Source: Patescibacteria group bacterium
GTDB lineage: Bacteria; Patescibacteriota; Microgenomatia; UBA1400; MFAQ01
DNA: 64,000 bases
Direction of reading: 5' to 3'
Assembly: GCA_018819325.1 (NCBI GenBank)
Contig: JAHJQJ010000083.1
Location: forward strand, 1,067 to 65,066
The notes beneath the pieces were generated by a model. That model did no database searches. It was not told the origin of the DNA and saw only the letters and a list, made by a program, of their open reading frames with translations. Each line of letters begins with the position of its first letter. Position 1 is the first letter of the stretch. Below are positions 27,728 to 38,344 of this stretch, one piece after another. The position numbers and the translations under genes were made by a program.

Positions 27728-29755
27728 ATCGAGGTAGCGAACTGCGCCGTCGCTATGGACGCTCAGGCGCAACTACTCTGTTATCCCTGGCGTAGCTTTT
27801 ATCCGTTAGGCCCGGAGCTTCCCACGAAGCTCACGAGGATCACTTAGACCTACTTTCGTATCTGCTTGACTTGTTTGTCTCACAGTTAAGCACCCATATA
27901 CCTATATGCTTACACTCCGATTTCCATCCGGAGCTCAGGGTACCTTTGTACGCTTGCGTTACTCTTTAGCAAGCAACCTCCCCAGTTAAACTACCTTCCA
28001 GACAGTGTCCCCGGTGTTGTTTGCAAACACCTTAGGTAAGAAATACATAAAGAAAAGAGAGGTATTCCACTGACGGGCTGAATATAAATATTCAGCCCTC
28101 CCTCCTATTCTCGACAGTTACAATACATATTTCAGTGCCAAGTAGTAGTAAAGCTGCACAGGGTCTTTTTGTCCTGCTGCCAGTAGGCCGCATCTTCACA
28201 GCCATTTCAAATTCGCCGAGCTCTTTCTCAAGACAGTTGAAGGGTGGTTAAACCATTCGTGCACGTCACCAATTAAGTGACAAGGAATTTCGCTACCTTT
28301 GGACTCTTATAGTTAAAGCCGCCCTTCACCGGGGCTTCAATCACAGGCTCAATATCCGAAGACATATCACCCGCTCATTTAACCTTCCGGCAGTGGGCAG
28401 GTCGCAGCCCGTATACTTAAGCTTTCGCTTTGGCACAGACCTGTGTTTTTGATAAACAGTCCCCCCTCAATCATTTGCTGTGGCCCGAATCGTGCAAGCA
28501 CGTTCCGGGCAGGGCATCTCGCATAGCTTACGCCCAGTTAATTTGCCTAGTTCCTTAAGAAAGATTCGCTCGTCCACCTTAGTCTACTCGACCTACCCAC
28601 CTGTGTCGGTTTTCGGTACGGATTGTATAGTTTCTATTTGCGACACTTTTCTCGGAAACTGAAGTCATCCAACTCTCTATTGATTACTCTCAAGATTGTA
28701 TTTACAGTTCGTGTTAACGCTCTAGCGGATTTGCCTACTAGAACTGCCTTACTGCTTAAACAGTGCATGTTCAACGCACTGCTCGGATTATCCAACTTCG
28801 TCATGCCCCAACTTAAAACGAAACTACACAAGGACCGGAATATTAACCGGTAATCCATCGGCTACGCCTTTTGGCCTCACCTTAGGGTCGCCTAACCCAA
28901 TGCTGACAAACATGGCGTTGGAAACCTTGGGTATTCGGTGGGGAAGATTCTCACTTCCCTCTCGCTACTCATGCCGACATTCTCACTTCTTGCCGCTCCA
29001 ACAAGCCTTACAGCTTGCCTTCAATGCTACAAGAACGCTCCCCTACCACTTTATATAAATATAAAATTCTTAAGTTCGGTAGTATATTTTAGCCTCGTTA
29101 TATCTTCGGTCACATATCTCTCGGCTAGTGAGCTGTTACGCTTTCTTTCAAGGATGGCTGCTTCTAAGCCGACCTCCTAGGTGTTTGAGAGATGATGTAT
29201 CCTTTTCCACTTAATATACATTTAGAGACCTTACTTGAAGATCTGGGATGTTTCCCTTTCGCCTCTGGAGCTTAGCCCCCAGACACTGAGTCCCTTGCAA
29301 TAAAACGGGGTATTCTTAGTTTGATTGGAAGTAAAGGTTTTACCCCTCAAATCCATTCAGTGCTTTACCCCCCCGTTTCTTAACAAAAGCCTACGCCTAG
29401 ACGTATTTCGGGGAGAACCAGCTATTTCCGAGTTCGTTTGGCATATTACCTCTAACCACAAGTCATCCGAGCCATTTGCGACTGACATCGGTGCGGGCCT
29501 CCACTAAAACTTAATTTAGCTTCACCCTGCTCATGGTTAGCTCACTCGGTTTCGGGTTTATACCACACAACTTAGCGCCCTGTTAGGACTTGGTTTCCCT
29601 TCGACTCCACTGCGGAGCAGCTTAATCTTGCTGTATGGAATAACTCGTCGGCTCATTCTTCAATAGGCACGCCATCATCCTCGATAAAATCGGGACTCTG
29701 GCTGCTTGTTAGCAATCAGTTTCAGGTACTTTTAAACGGGCTACCAACCCTGCTA

Positions 29756-29794
<39 letters not shown>

Positions 29795-30384
29795 ATAAGA
29801 GTAATTAGTCTTGGACCGTGGTCGGCCCGGATTCAATCTGGAGTTTGCCGTCTCCAGACCTACTTAGGAGTCTGACTATTGTTTTGTTGACAGTTTTGCG
29901 TACAAGACTTTCACTTTCTATGGTCGTCTATTCCAAAACGTTCTGCTACCTTATAAAACAAATATTGTTAGTCCTACAACCCCTGATATAAATACCAGGT
30001 TTAGACTCATCCCTTTTCGCTCGTCGCTTACTAAGGGACTCTCGTTCGATTTCTTTTCCTCTGGGTACTAAGATATTTCAGTTCCCCAGGTTCCCACTCC
30101 GACATAAAGTCGAAAGTACTCCGGTATAAACCGGAGTGGGTTACCCCATTCGGACACCGTCGGATCATAGGTTCTTGCCACCTACCCGACGACTTTCGCA
30201 GGCTTGAAACGTCCTTCATCGGCTCTTATTGCCAAGGCATCCACTGATTGCGTTATGAGTACATAAATTATTATTTGATGCGATCTACTTTTCTAATCTA
30301 TTCACTTTTTAATGAGCAAGTGCTCTGATTTATATAGAGCTAACGTTTTTACCTAAAATTAAGTAAGAAGGCTAGATCTACTGT

Positions 30385-30457
30385 GGAACGTAATATCGCT
30401 TTGCGATAAACGTTCCTAACCACGTTGAACGTAATATTGCCCTGCAATAAACGTTCT
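30385..30457 (-). promoter_or_regulatory. Two tandem covarying hairpins (GGAACGTAATATCGCTTTGCGATAAACGTTCC and TGAACGTAATATTGCCCTGCAATAAACGTTCT) in the tRNA-Ala/23S spacer
   Basis: Compensatory change ATCGC/GCGAT versus ATTGC/GCAAT; candidate rRNA processing stems. Confidence 0.4.
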
Positions 30458-30461
30458 TGCG

Positions 30462-30537
30462 TGGTGGACCGTGTCGGGCTCGAACCGACCACCTCATCGT
30501 TGCAAACGATGTGCTCTACCAGATGAGCTAACGGCCC
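30462..30537 (-). tRNA. tRNA-Ala (TGC)
   Basis: The reverse complement GGGCCGTTAGCTCATCTGGTAGAGCACATCGTTTGCAACGATGAGGTGGTCGGTTCGAGCCCGACACGGTCCACCA has a G3:U70 pair, a TGC anticodon and an encoded CCA. Confidence 0.85.
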
Positions 30538-30778
30538 ATTGGCTTCAGCCAAAGGCTGATCGTCCTTGCGGACGAAAAAGCTCCGCATAGCGGAGCTTGC
30601 GCACACAATACAAAAACAGTTTTAAGTTGAGTATAAAAGAAGTTGTTTTGAATTTGTTTGCATAGTTGTTTCCGCTAAAGTGGTATTTTAGCAGAATACT
30701 CTTAAGCTTTCAATCACCAGTCATTCTGGCTTGTCCAGAATCGATTCTTTGTCATCCCGCACTTGATGCGGGATCTAT

Positions 30779-31159
30779 TTATATAGATTCCCGCCTGCGC
30801 GGGAATGACGGGAGGTGGCGGGAATGACGGGAGATGAGTTTGGTGGCAATAATGATACCCAGAAGGTCAATTAAGACGTCTGAAATTCTGCCACCTCTGC
30901 CGGGCACAAAAAGCTGATGGATTTCATCTGTGAAGGCGTAAGACCAGGCTAGTAAAAAGCTCAGATCTGGTTTTTTGAATTTAAAAGCTTTTGATAATAA
31001 AAAGGCAAGAATACCAAACTCTACCATGTGGGCAGATTTTTTGATAATGAAATCAAGAATATAAATTTGATTACTGGGAATATCTGGACGGCTGGAAAAG
31101 AAAAAGATAAGGCCTGCCCATAGAACAACTGGTGACCAAGATAAAAATTTGTTTTTCAC
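30779..31159 (-). CDS. VanZ-like family membrane protein; the C-terminus runs into R1 repeat units
   Basis: LAWSYAFTDEIHQLFVPGRGGRISDVLID... is VanZ-like; the last ~20 codons (SRHSRHLPSFPRRRESI) are encoded by GGGAATGAC repeats. Confidence 0.5.
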   Translation of the reverse strand: MKNKFLSWSPVVLWAGLIFFFSSRPDIPSNQIYILDFIIKKSAHMVEFGILAFLLSKAFKFKKPDLSFLLAWSYAFTDEIHQLFVPGRGGRISDVLIDLLGIIIATKLISRHSRHLPSFPRRRESI

Positions 31160-31176
31160 AATAGGGTATTTTACAT

Positions 31177-32004
31177 CTAATAGGGGTTGTTGCGAAAGAA
31201 CAAAACAGAGCCTGACAAAGTAAGTAACCCTAGGCCAACAAGAGTAAGATTGACACCAAGTTTGGATTTGACGGAAGCAGACTGAGAACTTGTCGATGCA
31301 CTAACGGTGGAGTCTTGAAAAAATACGTTGTAAGGGCTGGAGTCTGTGGCGGCGGATAACACTTCTGCCGCGCCTAACTTTTCCTCTGGCAAAACTTGGG
31401 CGGGTGAAGGGGTAGAAGTGGGAATAGAAGTTGTTTTAGGAGTGGGTGCTGAAGTTGGAATGGAGGTGGGTTTTTTAGTGGGTACAGAGGTTGGCTCATC
31501 TGTTGGGGCTGGTTCTTCAGTTGGAGTTGGGGTAGGAGTTGGACAAGGGTCCTGAGAAGCTGAGTTTGTGGCATCTCTTGTCTGCGAAATGAACCTTACA
31601 AAATTTCCCGTTCCATCAGGAGACCTTCCTACTGATTGCCCTTCATTAGGAATACAAACATCGGCCTGATCATCATCACCATAACTTACTTGATCTACTA
31701 GAGTGAAGTCGTCTTCTTTGAAAAGTTTTATCGTGTCCCCGTCCTTATTGAGACGATTTTTAGCATCGAATACAAAAAACTTGGAAGTTGATGGACCAAT
31801 AGAGACTCCCGAAGATATTGTGTTTACCTTAGTTGAAGCTGTGTCTCTTAATATCCAACCAGATATATCCGTGTCCTCGTCTGAATAGAGTTCAACCCAA
31901 TCACCGGAACTTTCCCATGAGCTAAACTCGTTAATGACTATTTGGGCGTTAATAACTTTAGGAAAGGCAAGAAATATGGCAAGAACGGCGAGCAGAGCCG
32001 ACAT
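31177..32004 (-). CDS. Lamin-tail-domain (LTD) secreted protein with a Pro/Thr-rich linker and C-terminal TM anchor
   Basis: IVINEFSSWESSGDWVELYSDEDTDISGWIL is the LTD signature. Confidence 0.6.
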   Translation of the reverse strand: MSALLAVLAIFLAFPKVINAQIVINEFSSWESSGDWVELYSDEDTDISGWILRDTASTKVNTISSGVSIGPSTSKFFVFDAKNRLNKDGDTIKLFKEDDFTLVDQVSYGDDDQADVCIPNEGQSVGRSPDGTGNFVRFISQTRDATNSASQDPCPTPTPTPTEEPAPTDEPTSVPTKKPTSIPTSAPTPKTTSIPTSTPSPAQVLPEEKLGAAEVLSAATDSSPYNVFFQDSTVSASTSSQSASVKSKLGVNLTLVGLGLLTLSGSVLFFRNNPY

Positions 32005-32067
32005 GACTTAAGTGTAGCAAAAGAAGAAAGATTCTGGACAAGCCAGAATGACGAAGGAAGATCCTCT

Positions 32068-33243
32068 TTAGAAGTAGTTTACGTGGAGGTAGTAGGTGTC
32101 GATATCGGAATCGGCGTGATCAACACGAACGTATTTTAGAGAACAACCGGCAGAGCCTGTATAACCACCTCTGTATAACTTGCCTGATTTAACCGCCATT
32201 ACTGAAGTGGAACCACCAGAGATGTCTATACCGTTATGAAATGAATAAATACTACTAACCCAGGTATTTTGAATTGCCCAAGTAGAACCATAGCCCTGGT
32301 TAAAATAAATGGGTGATGAAAGTGGCCAATCCCAACTACCACTAGGGTTGAAGGGGTCGCCACCAGAGTTATTGTAATAATCAACGGACTTTAAATAATC
32401 AAATGGGTTTTTTACTAGAGAGTTATCACCAATCATAAAATGAAGATGAGTCCCTGACGAGTTACAAGACGAACCAGTGATAACGTTGGCAATGACGTCA
32501 CCTTGGTTTATCTCACCTACTTCTTCTTCTACACCTTTACCGGCGATGATTGCTTCTATGGCTTCGAGTTCGGCTCTGGCACTGGCTAGTAGGGCTTGGA
32601 ATTTTTGTTCGTCGTTTTTGGTGATAACCAAAAGATCTTGCTTTTGAGCTTTTTGGCCACCTAGAGCTACTCTTTGACCGACCAATTTGGTTTTTAAGTC
32701 TTCTACTTCTTGCTGTTTATTTTCTTTGGTGAGCTTTTGTTGATCAAAATCGAGTCTGGCTTTTTCTAGCTCTTGGAGAATCAATCTATCTCTGGTCTTT
32801 ACCGAATTAAAGTACTTAAGTTTGATGATTAGTTGACCAAACGAGTCTGATGAGAAAAATAGCCTAAGTGGATTTAGATCTCTTTGTTTATAACTTTCTC
32901 TAACGCGGGCGACGTAGGTTACGGATAGTTCATCTAAAGATTTATTTAAGTCTACCAAAATTGTAGAAAGGAGACTAATTTCTTGTTCCAAACCATCAAT
33001 TTGGGCTTGAGTTTGATTTATCTGGCCTTGAGCCAGATTAATTTTGGAGTTTAAAACGATAATGGCGGAGTTTAGAGTGTATTGTTGCCCCTTGGATTCG
33101 TTGATTTTTTCATTGCAGTTTTTTATGTAATCGATTAATTGACTAGGATCGCTTGGGGGTGTGCCATCACATTCTAAAGCTATAGCGGGGATTGAGAGGG
33201 TGACGGTGAGGCTAATTAGAAAAAGGACTAGCCATTTTTTCAT
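32068..33243 (-). CDS. EnvC-like coiled-coil protein with an M23 (LytM) peptidase-related domain
   Basis: Long N-terminal coiled coil; ...GSSCNSSGTHLHFMIGDN (an M23 C-terminal HxH-type segment) lies before ...FHNGIDISGGSTSVMAVKSGKLY (an M23 N-terminal-type segment); sits next to ftsX and ftsE. Confidence 0.55.
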   Translation of the reverse strand: MKKWLVLFLISLTVTLSIPAIALECDGTPPSDPSQLIDYIKNCNEKINESKGQQYTLNSAIIVLNSKINLAQGQINQTQAQIDGLEQEISLLSTILVDLNKSLDELSVTYVARVRESYKQRDLNPLRLFFSSDSFGQLIIKLKYFNSVKTRDRLILQELEKARLDFDQQKLTKENKQQEVEDLKTKLVGQRVALGGQKAQKQDLLVITKNDEQKFQALLASARAELEAIEAIIAGKGVEEEVGEINQGDVIANVITGSSCNSSGTHLHFMIGDNSLVKNPFDYLKSVDYYNNSGGDPFNPSGSWDWPLSSPIYFNQGYGSTWAIQNTWVSSIYSFHNGIDISGGSTSVMAVKSGKLYRGGYTGSAGCSLKYVRVDHADSDIDTYYLHVNYF

Positions 33244-34139
33244 CTCTTAAGAAATCTTAATACAGCCCAGAAGCTGGAAATAAGGCTTAAGATTAGTGAG
33301 AAAATAATCAGTAACCCTAATGGAATTAGGACAATGAGAAAGGGGATTGGGAAAGTAATGATACCCCCCAGTCTTTGAGACAAGAATGGAGTGGAATAAA
33401 GAAGGGCTATATAACTAAATAACCAGCCTATGACGGCGCCAAATAAGCCGTAGATTATAGATTCCTGAACGTATGGTTTAAGGACAAATAGTTGCTTGGC
33501 TCCGAGTAACTTTAGAGTGCCTATTTCCATGCGCCTAGAAGAAATTTTAAGGGAAATAATTATCATTATGGTAAGAATGGAAGTAAGGGAAAGGGCTGAT
33601 ATTAAGACTATTCCGGCTGTTCTAATGGCTTGAGTCCATCTGGTTAGCTCCCCTATTATGTCTTTGGGGAAGTCGATTTCTTTTTGACCTTGTGGAGTGA
33701 TACTTACTAGCTCGGACGCGCTTAAAACTTCTACAATAGAATCGAAGTCTTTGGGAGTTTTGGCGGTTACCTCTATACTGGCTGGTAAGATTTCTGCGGT
33801 TACCAAACCTAACTCAGTAACGCTACCTAGTAATAACGGATCATTGCCCACGCTTTGTTTGTAGATTTCTAGAGCTTGGTCTTTACTTATGTACAGGGCG
33901 TCTTGAACGTTTGTTTTGGCGGTAATTACATTTATTAACTGGTTAGCTTGTTCTTGGGTGTGATCGTCTTTAAGGTAAGCAATTATTTGTGGTTTTGTTT
34001 CAAAATGGTTAAGAACCACTTGTGAAGCCATGGAAATGAAGATAAACATGGAGATTATAAATAGAGTTAAGCTGGTGACCATTATGGCGGCTAGGGCTTG
34101 GTATGGTGAGCGACGGATGTTTTTAAGAGTTAGTTTCAT
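33240..34139 (-). CDS. ftsX: Cell division permease-like protein FtsX
   Basis: 299 aa with 4 TM helices and a large periplasmic loop; overlaps ftsE by 4 nt. Confidence 0.75.
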   Translation of the reverse strand: MKLTLKNIRRSPYQALAAIMVTSLTLFIISMFIFISMASQVVLNHFETKPQIIAYLKDDHTQEQANQLINVITAKTNVQDALYISKDQALEIYKQSVGNDPLLLGSVTELGLVTAEILPASIEVTAKTPKDFDSIVEVLSASELVSITPQGQKEIDFPKDIIGELTRWTQAIRTAGIVLISALSLTSILTIMIIISLKISSRRMEIGTLKLLGAKQLFVLKPYVQESIIYGLFGAVIGWLFSYIALLYSTPFLSQRLGGIITFPIPFLIVLIPLGLLIIFSLILSLISSFWAVLRFLKR

Positions 34140-34840
34140 TTTTTCTTTGATTTTTTAGATTTTGATTTTGGTTTTGGCGGATGCGAGTCACTTACTATTT
34201 TACCTTTATCTAGAGCAATGTGGTGTAAGCCGTTTGGATCAAGAAGGTCTTGATTGTGCGTGGCAATTATGACCGTGGTGCCAGCTTTATTGATTTCTTT
34301 TAAAAGTTTAAATATTTCTTTGCTAGTAACGCTGTCTAGATTACCTGTTGGTTCATCTGCAAATAGGATGTGTGGTTCTGTAGCTATGGCCCTGGCTAGC
34401 GAGGCTCTTTGAAGCTCTCCACCAGAAAGTTGCGATGGGAAAAGGTCTGTTTTGTTGGGTATACCAACTATCTCTAGTATTTTTTGAATTTTTTCAGCGA
34501 TGTCTTCTTTTGCGTAACCTATTACTTCAAGGTTAAGAGCTATGTTTTCGTAGGTGGTTTTGTCTGGAATGATCTTGTAGTCCTGGAAAACTGTGCCTAT
34601 TTTACGCCTTAAAGAAATTAAGTCTTTTGGTTTGGCTCCTACAATGCTTTCTCCGTCTACAAGTATATCCCCTTCTGAAGGCCCAAGATCACCAATAAGT
34701 AGTCTGCCTATGGTGGTTTTACCCGCCCCTGATTTTCCGGTGATTACCACCATTTCACCCTGGCTAATGTGAAAGTCTATTTGAGTTAAAACTTCATCGC
34801 CGTTTGGGAAAATCTTAGTAACTGAGTTGAATATAACCAT
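34136..34840 (-). CDS. ftsE: Cell division ATP-binding protein FtsE
   Basis: Walker A GKSGAGKTT, signature LSGGELQRASLARA, Walker [13 protein letters not shown]. Confidence 0.85.
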   Translation of the reverse strand: MVIFNSVTKIFPNGDEVLTQIDFHISQGEMVVITGKSGAGKTTIGRLLIGDLGPSEGDILVDGESIVGAKPKDLISLRRKIGTVFQDYKIIPDKTTYENIALNLEVIGYAKEDIAEKIQKILEIVGIPNKTDLFPSQLSGGELQRASLARAIATEPHILFADEPTGNLDSVTSKEIFKLLKEINKAGTTVIIATHNQDLLDPNGLHHIALDKGKIVSDSHPPKPKSKSKKSKKK

Positions 34841-34846
34841 TGTTTT

Positions 34847-35344
34847 TTATTCTTCAAATGGAGTTGGGTTTAATTCCTCTACTTTAACCCTGCCAACGTC
34901 CATTAGCCAACCAGCTTTTTGGGCTGAAAATGTTTCTGCCCAGACAGTAATTTTGAAACCGACGAACTGGTCAAGGTCTAGAACTGAACTAGTTAGGTAG
35001 GCGGTTTGACTAACTCCGCCTGGACGCAAGAGCTTGTGGGTGCCTTCGCCGTCCATTCCGCCTTCTTCTAAAATTCCAATAGCCTGGTCGGGAAAGTCGG
35101 ATTCGTCTTTGGCTCCAAAGACATCGCCAACCTTGATAGTACTACTATCCCCTGGAGCCTTGACTCCAGATCCACCACCCAGACCTGATCCTGATTTTAG
35201 ATTCTTTAAAATGGCCCCAGAAGATACACCTAAAATAAGGGCTAGAATTATGAGAAGCGGAGTGGTGAATTTATTTTTAGAAGCTGGAGAATCTGCCACC
35301 TCGGAGGTGGAAGGTTGATCTAGATCAATTTTTTTTATTTCCAT
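34847..35344 (-). CDS. Secreted Gly-rich hypothetical protein
   Basis: TM/signal region followed by Gly-rich sequence. Confidence 0.35.
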   Translation of the reverse strand: MEIKKIDLDQPSTSEVADSPASKNKFTTPLLIILALILGVSSGAILKNLKSGSGLGGGSGVKAPGDSSTIKVGDVFGAKDESDFPDQAIGILEEGGMDGEGTHKLLRPGGVSQTAYLTSSVLDLDQFVGFKITVWAETFSAQKAGWLMDVGRVKVEELNPTPFEE

Positions 35345-35365
35345 GGATATTTAATATTTGTTAAC

Positions 35366-36436
35366 TTACTTAAGTTTAGCAGAAAGTTCTGCTTCTATGA
35401 AGATGTCTAGTGAGCCGTTTAAAACGGCGTCGGGGTCTTTAGACTCTACCTTGGTTCTATGGTCTTTTACCTGTTTATAAGGATGGAGAACGTAGGAGCG
35501 AATTTGCTGACCCCAGCCAGGAACCTTGTGTTCTCCTTTGATTTTTTCTAATTCTTTCTCTCTTTTTTCTTCTTCTAATTTTTCCAACTTACTGGCCAAG
35601 ACCTGCATGGCAATTTTTCTGTTTTGCTCTTGGGTTCTTTGGGTTTGACACTCTACAACGGTACCGGTGGGTTTGTGTTTTAGACGAACGGCCGTGCTTA
35701 GCTTGTTTACATTTTGACCACCCGGACCACCCGAGCGAAAAAATTCGATGTCTAAATCCTCTGCTTTTATGTCTGCCAAGACGCTTTCTTCTATTATAGG
35801 GGTTACTTCCACACCTGCGAACGAAGTTTGTCTTAAGCTGTCTGCGTTGAATGGACTAAGGCGAACCAGTCTATGGGTACCGGCTTCACCTTTAAGATAT
35901 CCGTAAGCATAAGGAGCGTTTACCAAGATTTCAGCCGATTTTATACCCGCTTCTTCCCCTGGCGATTCTGACACTTGTTGCCATTTCCAACCTTTAAGGT
36001 CAAAAAATCTTTGATACATTCTTTGCAGCATTGCTGCCCAGTCCATGGCTTCTGTGCCACCTTGACCAGAATGAATAGAGATAATGGCTCCCAACAGGTC
36101 ATGTTTGCCAGACAAGAAAGTCTGAAGCTCTAGGTCTTTGATTTTTTTTACAAGTTTTTCTTGAAGAATGTTTATTTCTTCTGTTAATGATTGATCGTCT
36201 TGAGATTTCCCAAGTTCTGATAAGCTAATTAGATTTTCTGAGTCTTTTTCAAGTGAGTTGATCTTGTCTAGAGTATCTTGGGTGTGAGAAAGTTCTTGAA
36301 GAGTTTTTTTGGCCTTTTCTTCGTCTTGCCATAATTTGGGGTCTTGTGATTCTTGCTGGAGACGGGCAAGTTTTTGTTCTAGGCCTTTGATATCTAGCTT
36401 TTGCTTGATTTCTTGAATTTTTAAAGGTATGTCCAT
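35366..36436 (-). CDS. prfB: Peptide chain release factor 2, single uninterrupted frame (no programmed +1 frameshift)
   Basis: SPF tripeptide (LVRLSPFNA) and GGQ (GGPGGQNVNK); start at MDIPLKIQEIK. The ORF-track N-terminal extension overlaps the neighbouring gene. Confidence 0.85.
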   Translation of the reverse strand: MDIPLKIQEIKQKLDIKGLEQKLARLQQESQDPKLWQDEEKAKKTLQELSHTQDTLDKINSLEKDSENLISLSELGKSQDDQSLTEEINILQEKLVKKIKDLELQTFLSGKHDLLGAIISIHSGQGGTEAMDWAAMLQRMYQRFFDLKGWKWQQVSESPGEEAGIKSAEILVNAPYAYGYLKGEAGTHRLVRLSPFNADSLRQTSFAGVEVTPIIEESVLADIKAEDLDIEFFRSGGPGGQNVNKLSTAVRLKHKPTGTVVECQTQRTQEQNRKIAMQVLASKLEKLEEEKREKELEKIKGEHKVPGWGQQIRSYVLHPYKQVKDHRTKVESKDPDAVLNGSLDIFIEAELSAKLK

Positions 36437-36446
36437 ATTTAGTATT

Positions 36447-37670
36447 TTACTCGTACTTAATGGCAACAATTGGAGGTAGGTCGGCGGCTCGTTTGGCTGG
36501 GAAAACTCCAAAGAAGACGCCAATGAAGCCAGAGACGCCAAAGGCAATGACCACAGCCAAGGTATTGATGGCCGCTGGGAAAAAGATTCTAATGGCCATG
36601 ACAATCAGAACTGATAATAAAAGCCCGACCAGACCACCCAAGGTAGAAAGGACAACAGACTCTGCTAAAAACTGAACCAAAATATCTTTTTTGGTGGCAC
36701 CAATAGCACGTCTGATACCAATTTCTTTGGTTCTTTCGGTAACGGTGGCGTACATAATATTCATGATACCTATGCCACCAACTAGTAAAGATATTGAACC
36801 AATGGCTACAAGAATGGCGTTTAAGACGGCAAATATTTGGTTAACGGTGGATAAGATTTCTGATTGCTCGGTGATGGAAAACTCGTCTTCTTTGTAGCGT
36901 TTGAGTAAAGTTTCTTCTGCTTTTTCAGAGGCTGTTTCCACGTCGTCTTCGGAAGTTACTCCCAGATAGATTGACCAAAATGTTTTATCGGGATTAAGAC
37001 TGGCAAAGGTGGTGGTGTAGGGAATAACAGCGGCCTTATCCATTTCTCTATCACCGGTTTTTTCTAAAACTCCAATTACTTTGAGTCTCATGTTATCTAC
37101 CCTAATGGTTCTACCGGCTCCGTCACCGGCTTCGCCAAAAAGGTTTTCAGACAAGTTGTGGCCTAAAACGGCAACTTTGGTTCTACCCTGTAAGTCTGAT
37201 TTGTCAAACACATTACCCTCTAACATTTCACTATTCATAAGGCCAAAAAATTCTTCATTTACTCCCATTACATAACCTGTTTCTTCATTATCTTCTGCCT
37301 CGATACTTAAGGATTTAAAGTAAGTGGGGACAACGTACTCTATTTCTTGAATCCTTCTTAAAGAAGAAACGTCTCTTTCGTCGAACTCTATTACGGAGCC
37401 AAACATACCAGCCGGCCCACTGAAACCACCACCCTCATCACCACCGCCGCCAAGACCACTACCACCCATGACCATGATAAGGTTTGCTCCCAATCCCTCG
37501 AACTGCTCTGAGATGTAGTTTTTTAAACCTAAACCTAAAGCAATTAACATAACAACGGACATTACCCCAATGGTGATACCCAAAGAGGTTAAAAATGTTC
37601 TTATTTTATTTCTTTTAAAGTCGGCTATGGCGGACTTTATTAAATGGTAGGTGCCGTTTCTTAACTTCAT
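36447..37670 (-). CDS. ABC transporter permease, MacB/FtsX-like
   Basis: N-terminal TM, large periplasmic MacB_PCD-like domain and a C-terminal FtsX-like 3-TM bundle. Confidence 0.75.
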   Translation of the reverse strand: MKLRNGTYHLIKSAIADFKRNKIRTFLTSLGITIGVMSVVMLIALGLGLKNYISEQFEGLGANLIMVMGGSGLGGGGDEGGGFSGPAGMFGSVIEFDERDVSSLRRIQEIEYVVPTYFKSLSIEAEDNEETGYVMGVNEEFFGLMNSEMLEGNVFDKSDLQGRTKVAVLGHNLSENLFGEAGDGAGRTIRVDNMRLKVIGVLEKTGDREMDKAAVIPYTTTFASLNPDKTFWSIYLGVTSEDDVETASEKAEETLLKRYKEDEFSITEQSEILSTVNQIFAVLNAILVAIGSISLLVGGIGIMNIMYATVTERTKEIGIRRAIGATKKDILVQFLAESVVLSTLGGLVGLLLSVLIVMAIRIFFPAAINTLAVVIAFGVSGFIGVFFGVFPAKRAADLPPIVAIKYE

Positions 37671-37672
37671 TT

Positions 37673-38344
37673 TTATTTGCTTATTACTTGGCCGTCTTTC
37701 ATTACTATCTTTCTCTTGGTCCTTTTAGCTATGTCCATTTCGTGAGTGATTAAAACAATGGTGACATTGAGTTTTTTGTTAAGGTCACTTAGTAGGTCTA
37801 GGATTTCGTGACCAGCTTTGGTGTCTAGATTACCAGTGGGTTCGTCTGCCAGGATAATGCTTGGTTTCATTATTAAAGCTCTGGCCACGGCCACCCTTTG
37901 CTGTTGGCCACCAGAAATCTTGTTGGGGAAGAAGTCTTTTCTATCCCAGATGCCAAACTGTTTAAGAAGCTCTTCAGCTCTTTCTTGTGGATCAAAATCT
38001 AGCTTGTCTTTTAAGTATTTAGTAGGCAATAGCACATTTTCTAGAGCGGTGAACTTGTTGATTAGATTGAATGATTGAAACACAAAACCAATTTTCTGGT
38101 TTCTTAAATGAGACAGTTCTTCGTCTGTTAATTTACTAACGTCTTGGCCGTCTATATAGACGCTACCAGAGGTTGGGGTATCGAGTAAGCCAATGGTATA
38201 CATAAGGGTAGACTTACCACAACCTGAAGGACCAACGATACTTACATACTCACCTTTTTTAATTTCTAATGAAACGTTATCGACCGCCTTGACTTTTTCT
38301 TCACCTAGAAAATATGTTTTGGAAACATTTTTAAGTTTAATCAT
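37673..38344 (-). CDS. ABC transporter ATP-binding protein (MacB/LolD-like)
   Basis: [35 protein letters not shown]. Confidence 0.8.
   Translation of the reverse strand: MIKLKNVSKTYFLGEEKVKAVDNVSLEIKKGEYVSIVGPSGCGKSTLMYTIGLLDTPTSGSVYIDGQDVSKLTDEELSHLRNQKIGFVFQSFNLINKFTALENVLLPTKYLKDKLDFDPQERAEELLKQFGIWDRKDFFPNKISGGQQQRVAVARALIMKPSIILADEPTGNLDTKAGHEILDLLSDLNKKLNVTIVLITHEMDIAKRTKRKIVMKDGQVISK

Noticed and set aside
31346-31574. ORFs 31346..31555 (+) and 31374..31574 (-)
   Set aside because: They are low-complexity read-throughs of the Pro/Thr-rich linker of the lamin-tail-domain gene.
35366-36604. The long N-terminal extension of prfB (MSWPLESF...) and a possible programmed frameshift
   Set aside because: The extension overlaps the MacB permease gene; the protein aligns to RF2 from MDIPLK onward in one frame with no internal stop.
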